Below, piece by piece: positions 49,897-59,401 of a DNA stretch of 64,000 nt. The first letter of the stretch is position 1, and each line of letters begins with the position of its first letter. The translations under genes and the position numbers were made by a program. This DNA comes from a virus. The stretch lies in UHGV virus genome UHGV-0039337; one strand, written 5' to 3'. The notes below the pieces were generated by a model. It was not told the origin of the DNA. It saw only the letters and a program-made list of their open reading frames with translations, and ran no database searches.

Positions 49897-52800
49897 TTAT
49901 CTGGATATTTTAAGTAATTTTTTAGAGATAGTTGGTTTAGGTGCTCTATTAAATAGACTACGTAATTTTCTATGACCTCTATTATCCATAGGGATTTCTA
50001 TACGGTCAGGTTTTCTATTATGTTTCTTTTCTGTATTGCTTACTTGTTTTATATGAGTAGCTGATTTAAATAAATTTTTATCTACTGTATTTTTAATTCC
50101 GTCTACTACGTTTGAAGCTATTTGAGTTAATACATCTTGGTTATCACTCATGGCACGTAATCCTTCTTCACTAAATTTACCTTCCATTGATTGTGCGGCG
50201 TGTAATTTAGTAGCCATTAGAGATAGTGTAGCTTCTTGAGTAGTACCTTCATAATATAGGAAATATACAGTTATATCTTTAGTTTGTGACAATCTCCATG
50301 ATCTTCTTGACGCTTGTCTCATAGTATTTAAATTATATCCTAACTGATAAAATACTATAGTAGTAAAATCTAATAGATTTAATCCAGTTTCTATTAAAGA
50401 TGGATTACATATTAACACATCGTATTTGTCTTTAATTAGTTTATTAATAAATTCTTCACGCTTTTCTGCTTTAACAGATGCTTTTAACTCAGCACTTTTA
50501 TATCCATATGAATTTATTAGTAATCTTATATGGTCTCCTAGATTTGTAGTACCTACATCATTATAATATACTAATACCTTTTCTCCTGCTAATACTTTAG
50601 TATTTATTATATCTAATAGTGCTAAGTCTTTATTGGTTGTAAATTCTTCTATTTCTGGTGCAGCAAATAATAGATTACCATCTTCAGTTGCTTCATCTTC
50701 TATGCAATGTGGAGCATCAGGAATAGTAAGCATACGTCTACAATATTGTCTAAGATATTTTCTATTATTTATATCATTATCTGTAGCCATACGTTTTATG
50801 AATTGTTCATAACTATTATAATATTTCAATGTTGTTTCATCCATTTCTATACTATATGGTATTTCTGTATAATTAGGTAGTCCTTCTGTCATATCTTCAA
50901 GAGACACAAAGACTGTATTGTTTAATAGAAATTTAGTAAATACTAATGATGATATACCAGGAAGTAATTTAGAGCTTCTTTTTTTTACTGTTCTTCCATC
51001 TATTATGGAAGTAGTACTATTAACTCCATATATTCTATTAAATTCAGCTTCATCTTCGTAGTTAAATCCTTCTCTTTTCATAGATTGAGGAAGCAATCTA
51101 TATAATAAATAATACATACTATTTACGAATCCGTTCATTAATGTACCTGTCATGGTAATGGTTTTCTTGCATGATTGAGCTAAAATATGAAAGGCATGTC
51201 CTTGTTCTGTTTTACCTTTATAGCTTTGAGCTTCATCAAAAATTCCATAATCAAACACATTATTCATACGTTTTTTAATATAACTAGCTATAGGATACTT
51301 TTTAGTACCTATATATTTATTATTTACTGTGCCGTTTCTAATTAAACTATTATGTTGATCACTTAAGTTTGCAAATAATTCAGAGTCTTTACGCGTCATC
51401 TTAATTCCAGAATTTAAGTAATGATTCATTAATATTTCTATTGTGTCTTTATGAATCCATCCTGATTTACCTAATTTAACCCATTGTAAATTATCATCAT
51501 CTCTATTTACTGCAGTCCATAATTTATTATTACATTTTTTCTTTCTATACGCTTCTTCTTTAAAGTCATATACTTTAATAGTGTTAGTACATATATCATT
51601 AATAGAGTTTTCTTTAGTAAAATCAGTTAGATCTAATGGTACTATTCTTTTTACTTTACGTGATGCACCTGGGTAAATTGGTACAGTAACATACTTAGTA
51701 AGTACTTGTCCACATTCAGGGCATACAAATACATTATTTGCTTTTACCATGTTGCCATGTTCATTTTTGTAGTATCCAATCTTTTTAAACAATACAGCTG
51801 GTCTATTTCCATATCCTATTTTGGCACTTTCTTTAGATAATATTACAAAAGAATTTTCTATTTTATATGGATCAGTTAATATGTCTTTAATAGCTAATAA
51901 TTCTTCTAAGTTGTGTATTATATACGATCTACTATTAGGAACAAAACGTGCTACTTCATTTTTCCAGTTATTAACTAAGTGTGACGGACACATTACAAGA
52001 GTATTAAATCCTTTATTCTTATTAGCATTATGAACATAACAAGCTGCGGAAGCCATAAGAGTTTTACCACTACCCATTTCTCCGACTAAGAACGTATTAC
52101 TATTAACGTTCATATTATTCACTATAGCTTGTATTGCTGAACGTTGTGCTTCATATAAATTAACACCAGCATTATAATATGCATAATCATCTATGTTATA
52201 TAAATAATTATCATAAGTATCTTCACCCGGTATAAATTTAGGTCTAAAAGATGTTTGAATCTTTTTAGCTAATCCTTCTCCAAATAATTGCAAATAATTA
52301 TCTATTCCTGTACAGTTATCTAGTATTGTAGAATGTTCATTCGATCCCTTGATATTAATAACTTCACTATTAAGCCCATCACGTACTATTTCTTCTAATA
52401 TATGTCGTGATCCAATTAATACATAACATAGTAAAGGTTGTTTTCCCTCTAATGCATAATATTCAGTATCTAATTGATTAAATCTCAATTGTTCTTCTAA
52501 TTTCTGTTTTATATATGGTATCCATTCTCTAAGTATAGGTATAGATGAATATTTAACAAGACGTTTGTATAACTCATCTTCTATATTAGATTCGGAATTA
52601 GTAAATATATATGATGTATAATTTTCATGGTTATCTTTAGTAACATAACTATCATTTGCATATGCTATCATGTGCACATAATCAGAATTAGGCATTTTCT
52701 TTGTTTTAATTACATATTTACTACTTGATATTATATAATATCTATTGTTTGCATATATAGTATGTGTTTTATTGTTATTAAGCATAGGTTTAATCATATT

Positions 52801-52935
52801 AATAGTAGAATTATACCCAATCATAGATATGAATATTGCATGTCCATAATTATTTATGATTATTGTATCGGCTTTACAGCCACTAAAACCTCCAATAGAT
52901 ATATTAATATAATCGTTCATTCTTTCTGCTGTCAT
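49897..52935 (-). CDS. SNF2-family (SF2) helicase with an N-terminal extension of about 270 aa.
   Basis: Motif I FLVGEMGSGKTL. Motif II IFDEAQSYKG. C-terminal helicase domain with motif VI MRQASRRSWRLSQ. Confidence 0.75.
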   Translation of the reverse strand: MTAERMNDYINISIGGFSGCKADTIIINNYGHAIFISMIGYNSTINMIKPMLNNNKTHTIYANNRYYIISSSKYVIKTKKMPNSDYVHMIAYANDSYVTKDNHENYTSYIFTNSESNIEDELYKRLVKYSSIPILREWIPYIKQKLEEQLRFNQLDTEYYALEGKQPLLCYVLIGSRHILEEIVRDGLNSEVINIKGSNEHSTILDNCTGIDNYLQLFGEGLAKKIQTSFRPKFIPGEDTYDNYLYNIDDYAYYNAGVNLYEAQRSAIQAIVNNMNVNSNTFLVGEMGSGKTLMASAACYVHNANKNKGFNTLVMCPSHLVNNWKNEVARFVPNSRSYIIHNLEELLAIKDILTDPYKIENSFVILSKESAKIGYGNRPAVLFKKIGYYKNEHGNMVKANNVFVCPECGQVLTKYVTVPIYPGASRKVKRIVPLDLTDFTKENSINDICTNTIKVYDFKEEAYRKKKCNNKLWTAVNRDDDNLQWVKLGKSGWIHKDTIEILMNHYLNSGIKMTRKDSELFANLSDQHNSLIRNGTVNNKYIGTKKYPIASYIKKRMNNVFDYGIFDEAQSYKGKTEQGHAFHILAQSCKKTITMTGTLMNGFVNSMYYLLYRLLPQSMKREGFNYEDEAEFNRIYGVNSTTSIIDGRTVKKRSSKLLPGISSLVFTKFLLNNTVFVSLEDMTEGLPNYTEIPYSIEMDETTLKYYNSYEQFIKRMATDNDINNRKYLRQYCRRMLTIPDAPHCIEDEATEDGNLLFAAPEIEEFTTNKDLALLDIINTKVLAGEKVLVYYNDVGTTNLGDHIRLLINSYGYKSAELKASVKAEKREEFINKLIKDKYDVLICNPSLIETGLNLLDFTTIVFYQLGYNLNTMRQASRRSWRLSQTKDITVYFLYYEGTTQEATLSLMATKLHAAQSMEGKFSEEGLRAMSDNQDVLTQIASNVVDGIKNTVDKNLFKSATHIKQVSNTEKKHNRKPDRIEIPMDNRGHRKLRSLFNRAPKPTISKKLLKISR

Positions 52936-52951
52936 TTTTTTTCACCTCCTT

Positions 52952-54415
52952 TTATGTTAAATTATAAAATGTTCCATCAGCACCTAATGCTGTTATCTGT
53001 ACTTTATTTCTTATTGTATCTGTAGATTCTGTAATTATTCTTCCATTTTGTGTTGATTGTTCGGTAACCCTATCTGTTTCTTTAATAGTCATACCTTTTA
53101 TTACGTGGCATATTTCACCACCTTCTTCTACTATACCATCAAGTGAACCTGATGATAAAATAAGTCCTATTTGTCCTATATTAAAAGGAAGTAAGGGACT
53201 CTTGTCTTCTTCTTCTATATGTTCATTTACTGATTTGTAAAATTCATCATATAATCCATCATTTAGTATAGCATCATCTAGTTCTTGTTTATCTAGTATA
53301 CTACCTCTGAATATTTTAATTTCTTCTTCTGGTAAATTAATAGTATATGATTCAGTTAAATAGTTTAATAAATCATCATATTTTATTCTAGATAATCTAT
53401 TAAATTCATCGCTATAAGATGGATTTGATGATTTAATACCTATTATAGTTACATATTTAAGTGCATGTCGGTTTTTATTCATATCATCATCAAATTGTGG
53501 ATCGGTACATTTAAATATTTGAATGTTCTTGAGATTCTTAGCTAAGAATAATTTAAAACTTGGAGATATATCATAAAATGGTAAATTAAGAATGAATATA
53601 CCGCCTAATTTTAAATAACGCATACTATTAGTAATTTGTATATCTTCATTAGTAACTGCTAATCTGCCATCAATCTTTTTAGTGGTATTTATTGTTAATC
53701 TAGGATTAACATATACTATATCGAATACATTGTTACTAATAATAGAGCCTTTAATAGATCCTAAAGCTACTCTATCCATATTATCTTTAGCTTTATCGGA
53801 GCCATAAGTCTCTTCACTTAATCCATAAGTCTTAACTGTTATATTATTATTTCTTTCTAGTTTATATTTTAAAAAGTATTCGTCTTCTCCTTCTCCACAT
53901 TGTATAGAGAATATATTTAATGATTTATTAGTTTTTATGTTGTCTGTTATTTCTGTTATAAAATCTGGATGCATTTTATATATATTTGTATTATCTTCTC
54001 TTATTTCTTTTGCTGCATATGATAAATTATAGCTACATAAATTATAACATTCATTAATTGCATTATTTATAGTATTTACACATGTATCATTAAATGCTTC
54101 TTTAATAGTTTGTATAGTTTCGCATTCCATAACTGTATTTAAAAAAGACTCTATCGTATTTTTATGTGATTGTATTCTCTCAAATACTGTATAGTCATCA
54201 TCAATAATACACAATGTATAATTAAATAGTCTTATACATTCTGTAGCATGTTTATATATAATAGAGCGTGATTTATTTATATCTTCTTTATCTGCTAAAC
54301 TAATTGTAATGTATGATCTAAGAGTATTAAGTTTAATTACTAACTCTTGTGATGGTCTGTAAAATGAAGTTGTTATATATATCACTCCTTTTTCTAATAA
54401 TAAAGGAGCGTACAT
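52952..54415 (-). CDS. Putative SAM-dependent (DNA) methyltransferase-like protein. The motifs are weak.
   Basis: Possible motif I LNIFSIQCGEGE and motif IV-like FDIVYVNPR. Sits between DnaE2 and the SNF2 helicase with starts and stops 5-17 nt apart. The functional call is tentative. Confidence 0.4.
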   Translation of the reverse strand: MYAPLLLEKGVIYITTSFYRPSQELVIKLNTLRSYITISLADKEDINKSRSIIYKHATECIRLFNYTLCIIDDDYTVFERIQSHKNTIESFLNTVMECETIQTIKEAFNDTCVNTINNAINECYNLCSYNLSYAAKEIREDNTNIYKMHPDFITEITDNIKTNKSLNIFSIQCGEGEDEYFLKYKLERNNNITVKTYGLSEETYGSDKAKDNMDRVALGSIKGSIISNNVFDIVYVNPRLTINTTKKIDGRLAVTNEDIQITNSMRYLKLGGIFILNLPFYDISPSFKLFLAKNLKNIQIFKCTDPQFDDDMNKNRHALKYVTIIGIKSSNPSYSDEFNRLSRIKYDDLLNYLTESYTINLPEEEIKIFRGSILDKQELDDAILNDGLYDEFYKSVNEHIEEEDKSPLLPFNIGQIGLILSSGSLDGIVEEGGEICHVIKGMTIKETDRVTEQSTQNGRIITESTDTIRNKVQITALGADGTFYNLT

Positions 54416-54420
54416 ATAAC

Positions 54421-56313
54421 TTACGCTCCTATACTATTTATTATTATTTTATTATCATCTGTAAACTTTCCTTTAAAGTTTATAGTTTTGTCTTTTTTTA
54501 AATTACTTTTATATTTATCTAGATTGAATAATAAAGCTTCATAATTACCTTCTTTAGTATCTAATGATATAAAAGCATATCTCTTTCCTGATTTAGCTTT
54601 ACGTTTAGTCACTTTTGTTATAATAGCTTGGCCACTTACATAAATATCATTATATTTAAGGTCTTCCAGATTACAACACTTATTATGAATATAATTAGCT
54701 TGACATAAAATTAATTCTATCTCATCTTCTGATGCATATAGTTCCAGGTTAGTATCTTTATTAATGAATATAGAGTATTTAGGTGGATCTGGATGTTTTT
54801 TCTTGGCTGAAAGATAATATAATTCTTCATATAATTCTATAACATTAGAGCCAAATGCTCCTATTGCTATCATGCTATTTAATGCTTTTGTATTACATAT
54901 ACTTTTATTTACATGTTTATATATATGAGCCACTAAAGAATCATCTTTATTTTCTTTTTCTTTATTTAGCCAATAAGTAGCAGCATTATAAGCGTTCTCA
55001 GATACATTTGCAAGGCAGCAGAAGCCGAGTCTAATCCCCTCTGTTTCTACTGTACATTTGTATTTTGATTTAGTTATATCAAGAGGTAGAAATTTAATAC
55101 CTACTTTCATACATTCATTTTGTATTGTTTTAAATTTAGCTTTACGTTCATCAGTTTTACCTGATTTATTATTATACATACAAGTTAAAGTTGCCGCATA
55201 AAATTCTTTAGGATAGTAAATTTTATAATATGCTGTTTCATAACAAGTTAAAGCATAAGCTACAGCATGAGATTTGTTGAAACTATATTTCCCTGAATCT
55301 AATATTAATTGAAATATTTTTTCAAATATATCATCAGTCATAATATTTTTACTTAACTCTTTTAATTCTGCTTTATATGAAGCTATTTTATCAAATTTTT
55401 TTTTGCTAGATGATTTCATAAGCGAATATGCTTCATGCAATGGCAATCCCATATTTGCACAACATTGCATTAATTCTTCTTGATAAATCATAACTCCATT
55501 AGTTGTCTTAGTAGCTTTATCATAAGCTGGATGTATATATTCTATATTTTCTTTGCCTTCTTGTATTTTCATATAATGTTCATCGAGCCCTGATTGAATA
55601 CAAGGGCCACGGACAAGAGCAAGACAATCAGCAAGTTGTTCTATATTACGTGGGTTTAATCTTCTCATGCGTTGTTTGTAAGTATTACTGCCTATTTGAA
55701 ATAGCCCTGTAGTATTACGAGAACAGATTAAATCCCATACTTTTTTATCATTTAATGGATCAAATTCTATATCTATTTTATGACCTGTAAGTTTTTCACA
55801 TTCGCTTAATATACATAAAGTATTTAATCCTAAATAATCATATTTTACTAAGGCCTGACTTTCTGCATCATGTAAATCAAGGGCTGTAGCATTTAATTCT
55901 TTTTTGTCTTGTCTAACCATTGGTGCTACATCAGATACTTTAGATTTAACTATTAATGTACCTGCTGCATGTATAGAAGTATGACATGGTAAACCTTCAA
56001 GCTTCATAGCCATTTCAAATACTTCTGGATATATTTCTTGCCACTCTCTAAGTTCTGGTACTATCTCTAATGATTCTTCTATTGATAAATCGCTTTGCTT
56101 TTCTGTGCCATCTTCAGATTCTTCATATACACATTGAGGTATTAGTTTAGCTATTTTATCTTCGGTCTTTAAGTCTATATTATATAATTTGCATACGCTT
56201 CTTATTGATGATCTTGCTTTACGTATACTAAAAGTAGATACAGCTGCACAATGATCAAGTCCATAAGTATCTAAAGTATACTTAAACATAATATCTCTAT
56301 AGTCACTAGGCAC
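54421..56313 (-). CDS. C-terminal portion (630 aa) of a second DnaE-like DNA polymerase III alpha. Continues from 56327..57577 after a +1 frame change.
   Basis: Begins within PDIDIDVPSDYRD (the canonical DnaE 'PDFDVDF'). Contains the GLPCHTSIHAAGTLIV catalytic motif. The frame is open upstream to 56355. Confidence 0.7.
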   Translation of the reverse strand: MPSDYRDIMFKYTLDTYGLDHCAAVSTFSIRKARSSIRSVCKLYNIDLKTEDKIAKLIPQCVYEESEDGTEKQSDLSIEESLEIVPELREWQEIYPEVFEMAMKLEGLPCHTSIHAAGTLIVKSKVSDVAPMVRQDKKELNATALDLHDAESQALVKYDYLGLNTLCILSECEKLTGHKIDIEFDPLNDKKVWDLICSRNTTGLFQIGSNTYKQRMRRLNPRNIEQLADCLALVRGPCIQSGLDEHYMKIQEGKENIEYIHPAYDKATKTTNGVMIYQEELMQCCANMGLPLHEAYSLMKSSSKKKFDKIASYKAELKELSKNIMTDDIFEKIFQLILDSGKYSFNKSHAVAYALTCYETAYYKIYYPKEFYAATLTCMYNNKSGKTDERKAKFKTIQNECMKVGIKFLPLDITKSKYKCTVETEGIRLGFCCLANVSENAYNAATYWLNKEKENKDDSLVAHIYKHVNKSICNTKALNSMIAIGAFGSNVIELYEELYYLSAKKKHPDPPKYSIFINKDTNLELYASEDEIELILCQANYIHNKCCNLEDLKYNDIYVSGQAIITKVTKRKAKSGKRYAFISLDTKEGNYEALLFNLDKYKSNLKKDKTINFKGKFTDDNKIIINSIGA

Positions 56314-56326
56314 ATCTATATCTATG

Positions 56327-57577
56327 TCAGGGTATTGTGCCCTTGCGGTGTATACTTAAAAATCTATCAAACATAAGATTATATTTAATAGAATCTACTT
56401 TGGTTATTTGAAGTAAATAAGCAACAATAGATCCGCATACGCTGCCTCTTCCAGGGCCCATTTTTGCTCCAATCTTATTCATATATTGTATTAGATCTCT
56501 TGTTATTAAAAAATAAGAACTAAATCCTAAATCATCTATAACTTTAAGCTCTTCATACATTCTATCAACGTATTGTGCTGGATTTTTAATTTTATATTGT
56601 ATTTGATCTAATCTTTCTAAACATAATTTTTCTATATAAGTTTTAGGAATATAACCTGTAGGACATTCAAATTCTGGAAGGTTTAACTCTTCTTGGTTGA
56701 AATCATATGATTCAACTTTATTAGATAAGTCCATAGTATTGTCTAATGCTTGATTAATTATATCTGCATTATACAATTCACTATTAAAAGAATTAAAGAT
56801 TTCATCTCTAGACATCATATAATATATTTTATCTGCATATATACTTTCATCTTCATTTTCTGGTGCTTTTAAATTACGCGTAATTCTTATATGAAAATCA
56901 TGAGTTTTCCAATCTTCCTTATTTATATAATGCACATCATTAGTAGCAATGAGTTTAATGTTTTTCTCTTCTGCTATATTAATCATTGCATTATTAACTT
57001 TAATTTGTTCATCAAAATTACCTGGTTGAATTTCTAAATATAAGTCATCTCTGAACATATTATATAATTCTTCAATATGATTAATAGCTTGTTCATTTTC
57101 ATTGTTTATAATAAGTTGAGGGGCATATCCTCCTACACAAGCTGTAGTACAGATAAGCCCCTCAGTATAGTCTTTTATATGTTCTAAATCTATACGTGGT
57201 TTATAATAATAATATTCAACAGATGCATCTGATACTATTTTCAATAAGTTAGATATGCCTGTTTTATTTTTAGCTATTAATACCATATGATATAACTTTT
57301 TATGTTCACTGTCTTTAATAGTACAGTCTTCACATAAATATATTTCACAGCCTATAAGTGGTTTAATATTATTGTTTATACACTCATAATAGAATCCATA
57401 CATATTACTTAAAGATCCGTGATCTGTTATAGCTATGGATTTCATATTAAGTTTTTTAGCTTTAGCAATTATATCTTTATTTGTAGCGATGGAATCTCCT
57501 ACCGATCCTTTTGTAGTATGCAAATGAGTTATGCAATAATTATTATAATAAGAAGTCATCGTTATCATCTTCTTCAT
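56327..57577 (-). CDS. N-terminal portion (416 aa) of the second DnaE-like polymerase (PHP domain). Ends at a UGA inside the conserved RFLxxxR motif.
   Basis: ITHLHTTKGSVGD...ITDHGSL is the PHP motif. MGPGRGSVCGSIVAYLL...MFDRFLSIHRKGTIP is followed by a stop. Confidence 0.7.
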   Translation of the reverse strand: MKKMITMTSYYNNYCITHLHTTKGSVGDSIATNKDIIAKAKKLNMKSIAITDHGSLSNMYGFYYECINNNIKPLIGCEIYLCEDCTIKDSEHKKLYHMVLIAKNKTGISNLLKIVSDASVEYYYYKPRIDLEHIKDYTEGLICTTACVGGYAPQLIINNENEQAINHIEELYNMFRDDLYLEIQPGNFDEQIKVNNAMINIAEEKNIKLIATNDVHYINKEDWKTHDFHIRITRNLKAPENEDESIYADKIYYMMSRDEIFNSFNSELYNADIINQALDNTMDLSNKVESYDFNQEELNLPEFECPTGYIPKTYIEKLCLERLDQIQYKIKNPAQYVDRMYEELKVIDDLGFSSYFLITRDLIQYMNKIGAKMGPGRGSVCGSIVAYLLQITKVDSIKYNLMFDRFLSIHRKGTIP

Positions 57578-57854
57578 CTATTTCGAAAATGTCATCTATA
57601 CCTAAAGGAATTTCTCCATCGTTTTCTTTCATTGTACAATCTATACATTGTTTCTTTTTATGTCCGCTTTCAAACGCTAAACAAGAAAAAGTATAATCCT
57701 CATCTTCATCTATATCAATACTTATATGATTTTTTGTGCAATAGCATTTTATATTTTTAAAATCGTATGGACTTAAACAGCATGCTGTATTATATTTACA
57801 TCCAGTAAGATAACATTCTACAGTAGTTTTATTATTTTTGTTATTTGTTTGCAT
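57543..57854 (-). CDS. Small Cys-rich protein with an acidic C-terminus (103 aa).
   Basis: ORF with about 10 Cys residues (CYLTGC...CC...CYC...C...CIDC). Confidence 0.45.
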   Translation of the reverse strand: MQTNNKNNKTTVECYLTGCKYNTACCLSPYDFKNIKCYCTKNHISIDIDEDEDYTFSCLAFESGHKKKQCIDCTMKENDGEIPLGIDDIFEIDEEDDNDDFLL

Positions 57855-57857
57855 TAT

Positions 57858-58253
57858 TTATTCCTTTCTATATTCTTTACATTCTTGATTATTATATTCT
57901 AATATTTCTCTTAATATTGATCTATGACATATAATATCATTTTTTTCATAACAGATAAGGAATATAGTATATCCTTCATTATTTAAATCTATTATTTCTT
58001 TTAATCCATCAATGAAAAATGGATTGTCAAATGACTCATCTATATATTTTTGTCTATACTCTTTCCAATCAATACTACCATCTTTATACTTGGCTAATGT
58101 AAGTTCCGTGGGCGCAAGTTGAGGCGCCCACTCTATATTATATTTTTTTACGTTTATAGTATTTCTAGGTTTCCATCTAGTTATTAAAAATTTCTTAGTT
58201 GTATCATCATTTGGTAGATTTTTTAAGTTAGACAAATAAGTTGTGTATATCAT
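57858..58253 (-). CDS. DUF488-like protein (131 aa).
   Basis: RWKPRN...WAPQLAPTELTL...W.EYRQKYIDE resembles the DUF488 (YeaO-like) signature RxWPRG...WxxxLAPSxxL. Confidence 0.5.
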   Translation of the reverse strand: MIYTTYLSNLKNLPNDDTTKKFLITRWKPRNTINVKKYNIEWAPQLAPTELTLAKYKDGSIDWKEYRQKYIDESFDNPFFIDGLKEIIDLNNEGYTIFLICYEKNDIICHRSILREILEYNNQECKEYRKE

Positions 58254-58549
58254 TAATGACAGCCACCATTACAAACTCCATTACAATCTCTACTACATGT
58301 ATGTGCTTTTGATTCATTTAAGTTATGAGAAAACTTTTCTTTTCTTGAATCATACTTTTCTTGCATCATACTTCCAGTAGAACCATAACCATCTGCACCT
58401 CTTGTAGTTTCATCTAATTCATCTACTATAAAAGGTTGTGCTTCAAGTACTGGACATAATACTAATTGCGCAATTTTAGCATATTTCTTTAATACAAATG
58501 GTTCTGTTCCTATATTTTCTAGTTCAATACCTATTTCTCCTCTATATTT
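58253..58549 (-). CDS. dut: dUTPase exon 2 (motifs III-V) with an unusual Cys-rich C-terminal extension of about 40 aa.
   Basis: KYRGEIGIELENIGTEPF...IAQLV...RGADGYGSTG. The tail is CSRDCNGVCNGGCH. Confidence 0.75.
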   Translation of the reverse strand, partial: KYRGEIGIELENIGTEPFVLKKYAKIAQLVLCPVLEAQPFIVDELDETTRGADGYGSTGSMMQEKYDSRKEKFSHNLNESKAHTCSRDCNGVCNGGCH

Positions 58550-59401
58550 CAATTTGTTATGTATAGGCTCTTTATCCTATACTCTCCTACTTTCGTAGAA
58601 GTATCGGACTATATCATTAACTCTCATATAGAGAGCAGAGCGGGGCGCTCGTGTCGGTTTTATTGTTTACCTTACTCAACCGTTAGTCTCTGAACCTTCC
58701 GTATACTTTATAGGCTTCTACGGCTTGGCTGCTGATTAGCATATCTTTCGACTTAGCCTTCCAGCAATTCACCCCGTTTAAAGACTCCAAATTTATTTTG
58801 CTTTATTATATTTTCCTAAAATGTCATGTAATTTGGAATGCTTTGATCTTGATAATATAATTAAATTAGTAGGATCATTATTTATTTTATTTTCATCTAT
58901 ATGATGTACATCATAATTTGGATTTAAATACCATTTGCCATCTATTAATACTGCACAAGATTCAGTAAGTAAATACTGTTCTGCAATTAGCCTATGCTCT
59001 CTAATTCTTCCGAATTTATTTGCAAAAGGATGATCGGGAACATAAACATATATGTAATCATTATACAGTATTTTATTTTGAGTAAAACTAGCATTCAATG
59101 GACCTTTTAATCCATATTGATGATTTCCTTCTCCTTTCATATAATTACTTTTATTGATAATATTACACTCTTCTGAACAAGTTATCATATCTGGATGTTT
59201 TAGTCTTTTAAGTCTTGAAGGTTTAACATAAAATTTTGTGCCGCATATACAACATGAAACATTTGGTTTTTTATTCCATTTATTATACATGTCAGCACAC
59301 GCATGACTACAAACATTTTTTCTATGCTTTTTTATATTATCTGTTTCGTATTCTTCATTACAATAATCGCAATGTCTTAACAATTAAGCGACATCTCCCT
59401 T
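58550..59401 (-). mobile_element. Group I self-splicing intron (IA-type core, 852 nt) inserted in dut between the codons for ...GTIDS and KYRGEI. Carries an HNH homing-endonuclease ORF.
   Basis: Conserved core elements on the minus strand: P AAUUGCUGGAAGG (58757-58769), Q AAUCAGCAGCC (58727-58737), R GUUCAGAGACUA (58684-58695), S GAUAUAGUCC (58606-58615). The 5' exon ends in U (..GACUCU) and the intron ends in G (..AAUUG). Confidence 0.8.
58793..59383 (-). CDS. Intron-encoded HNH homing endonuclease (196 aa).
   Basis: N-terminal Cys-rich Zn-binding region. C-terminal HNH motif VHHIDENKINNDPTNLIILSRSKHSKLH. TTG start 18 nt after the 5' splice site. Confidence 0.8.
   Translation of the reverse strand: MLRHCDYCNEEYETDNIKKHRKNVCSHACADMYNKWNKKPNVSCCICGTKFYVKPSRLKRLKHPDMITCSEECNIINKSNYMKGEGNHQYGLKGPLNASFTQNKILYNDYIYVYVPDHPFANKFGRIREHRLIAEQYLLTESCAVLIDGKWYLNPNYDVHHIDENKINNDPTNLIILSRSKHSKLHDILGKYNKAK

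Noticed and set aside
54421-57577. Alternative genetic code (UGA=Trp) or an intein/intron to explain the split DnaE2.
   Set aside because: Reading through UGA as Trp hits a UAG 8 codons later and does not restore the conserved PDIDIDV motif. There is no intervening sequence, since the two ORFs overlap by a few nucleotides. Only a +1 shift restores the motif.
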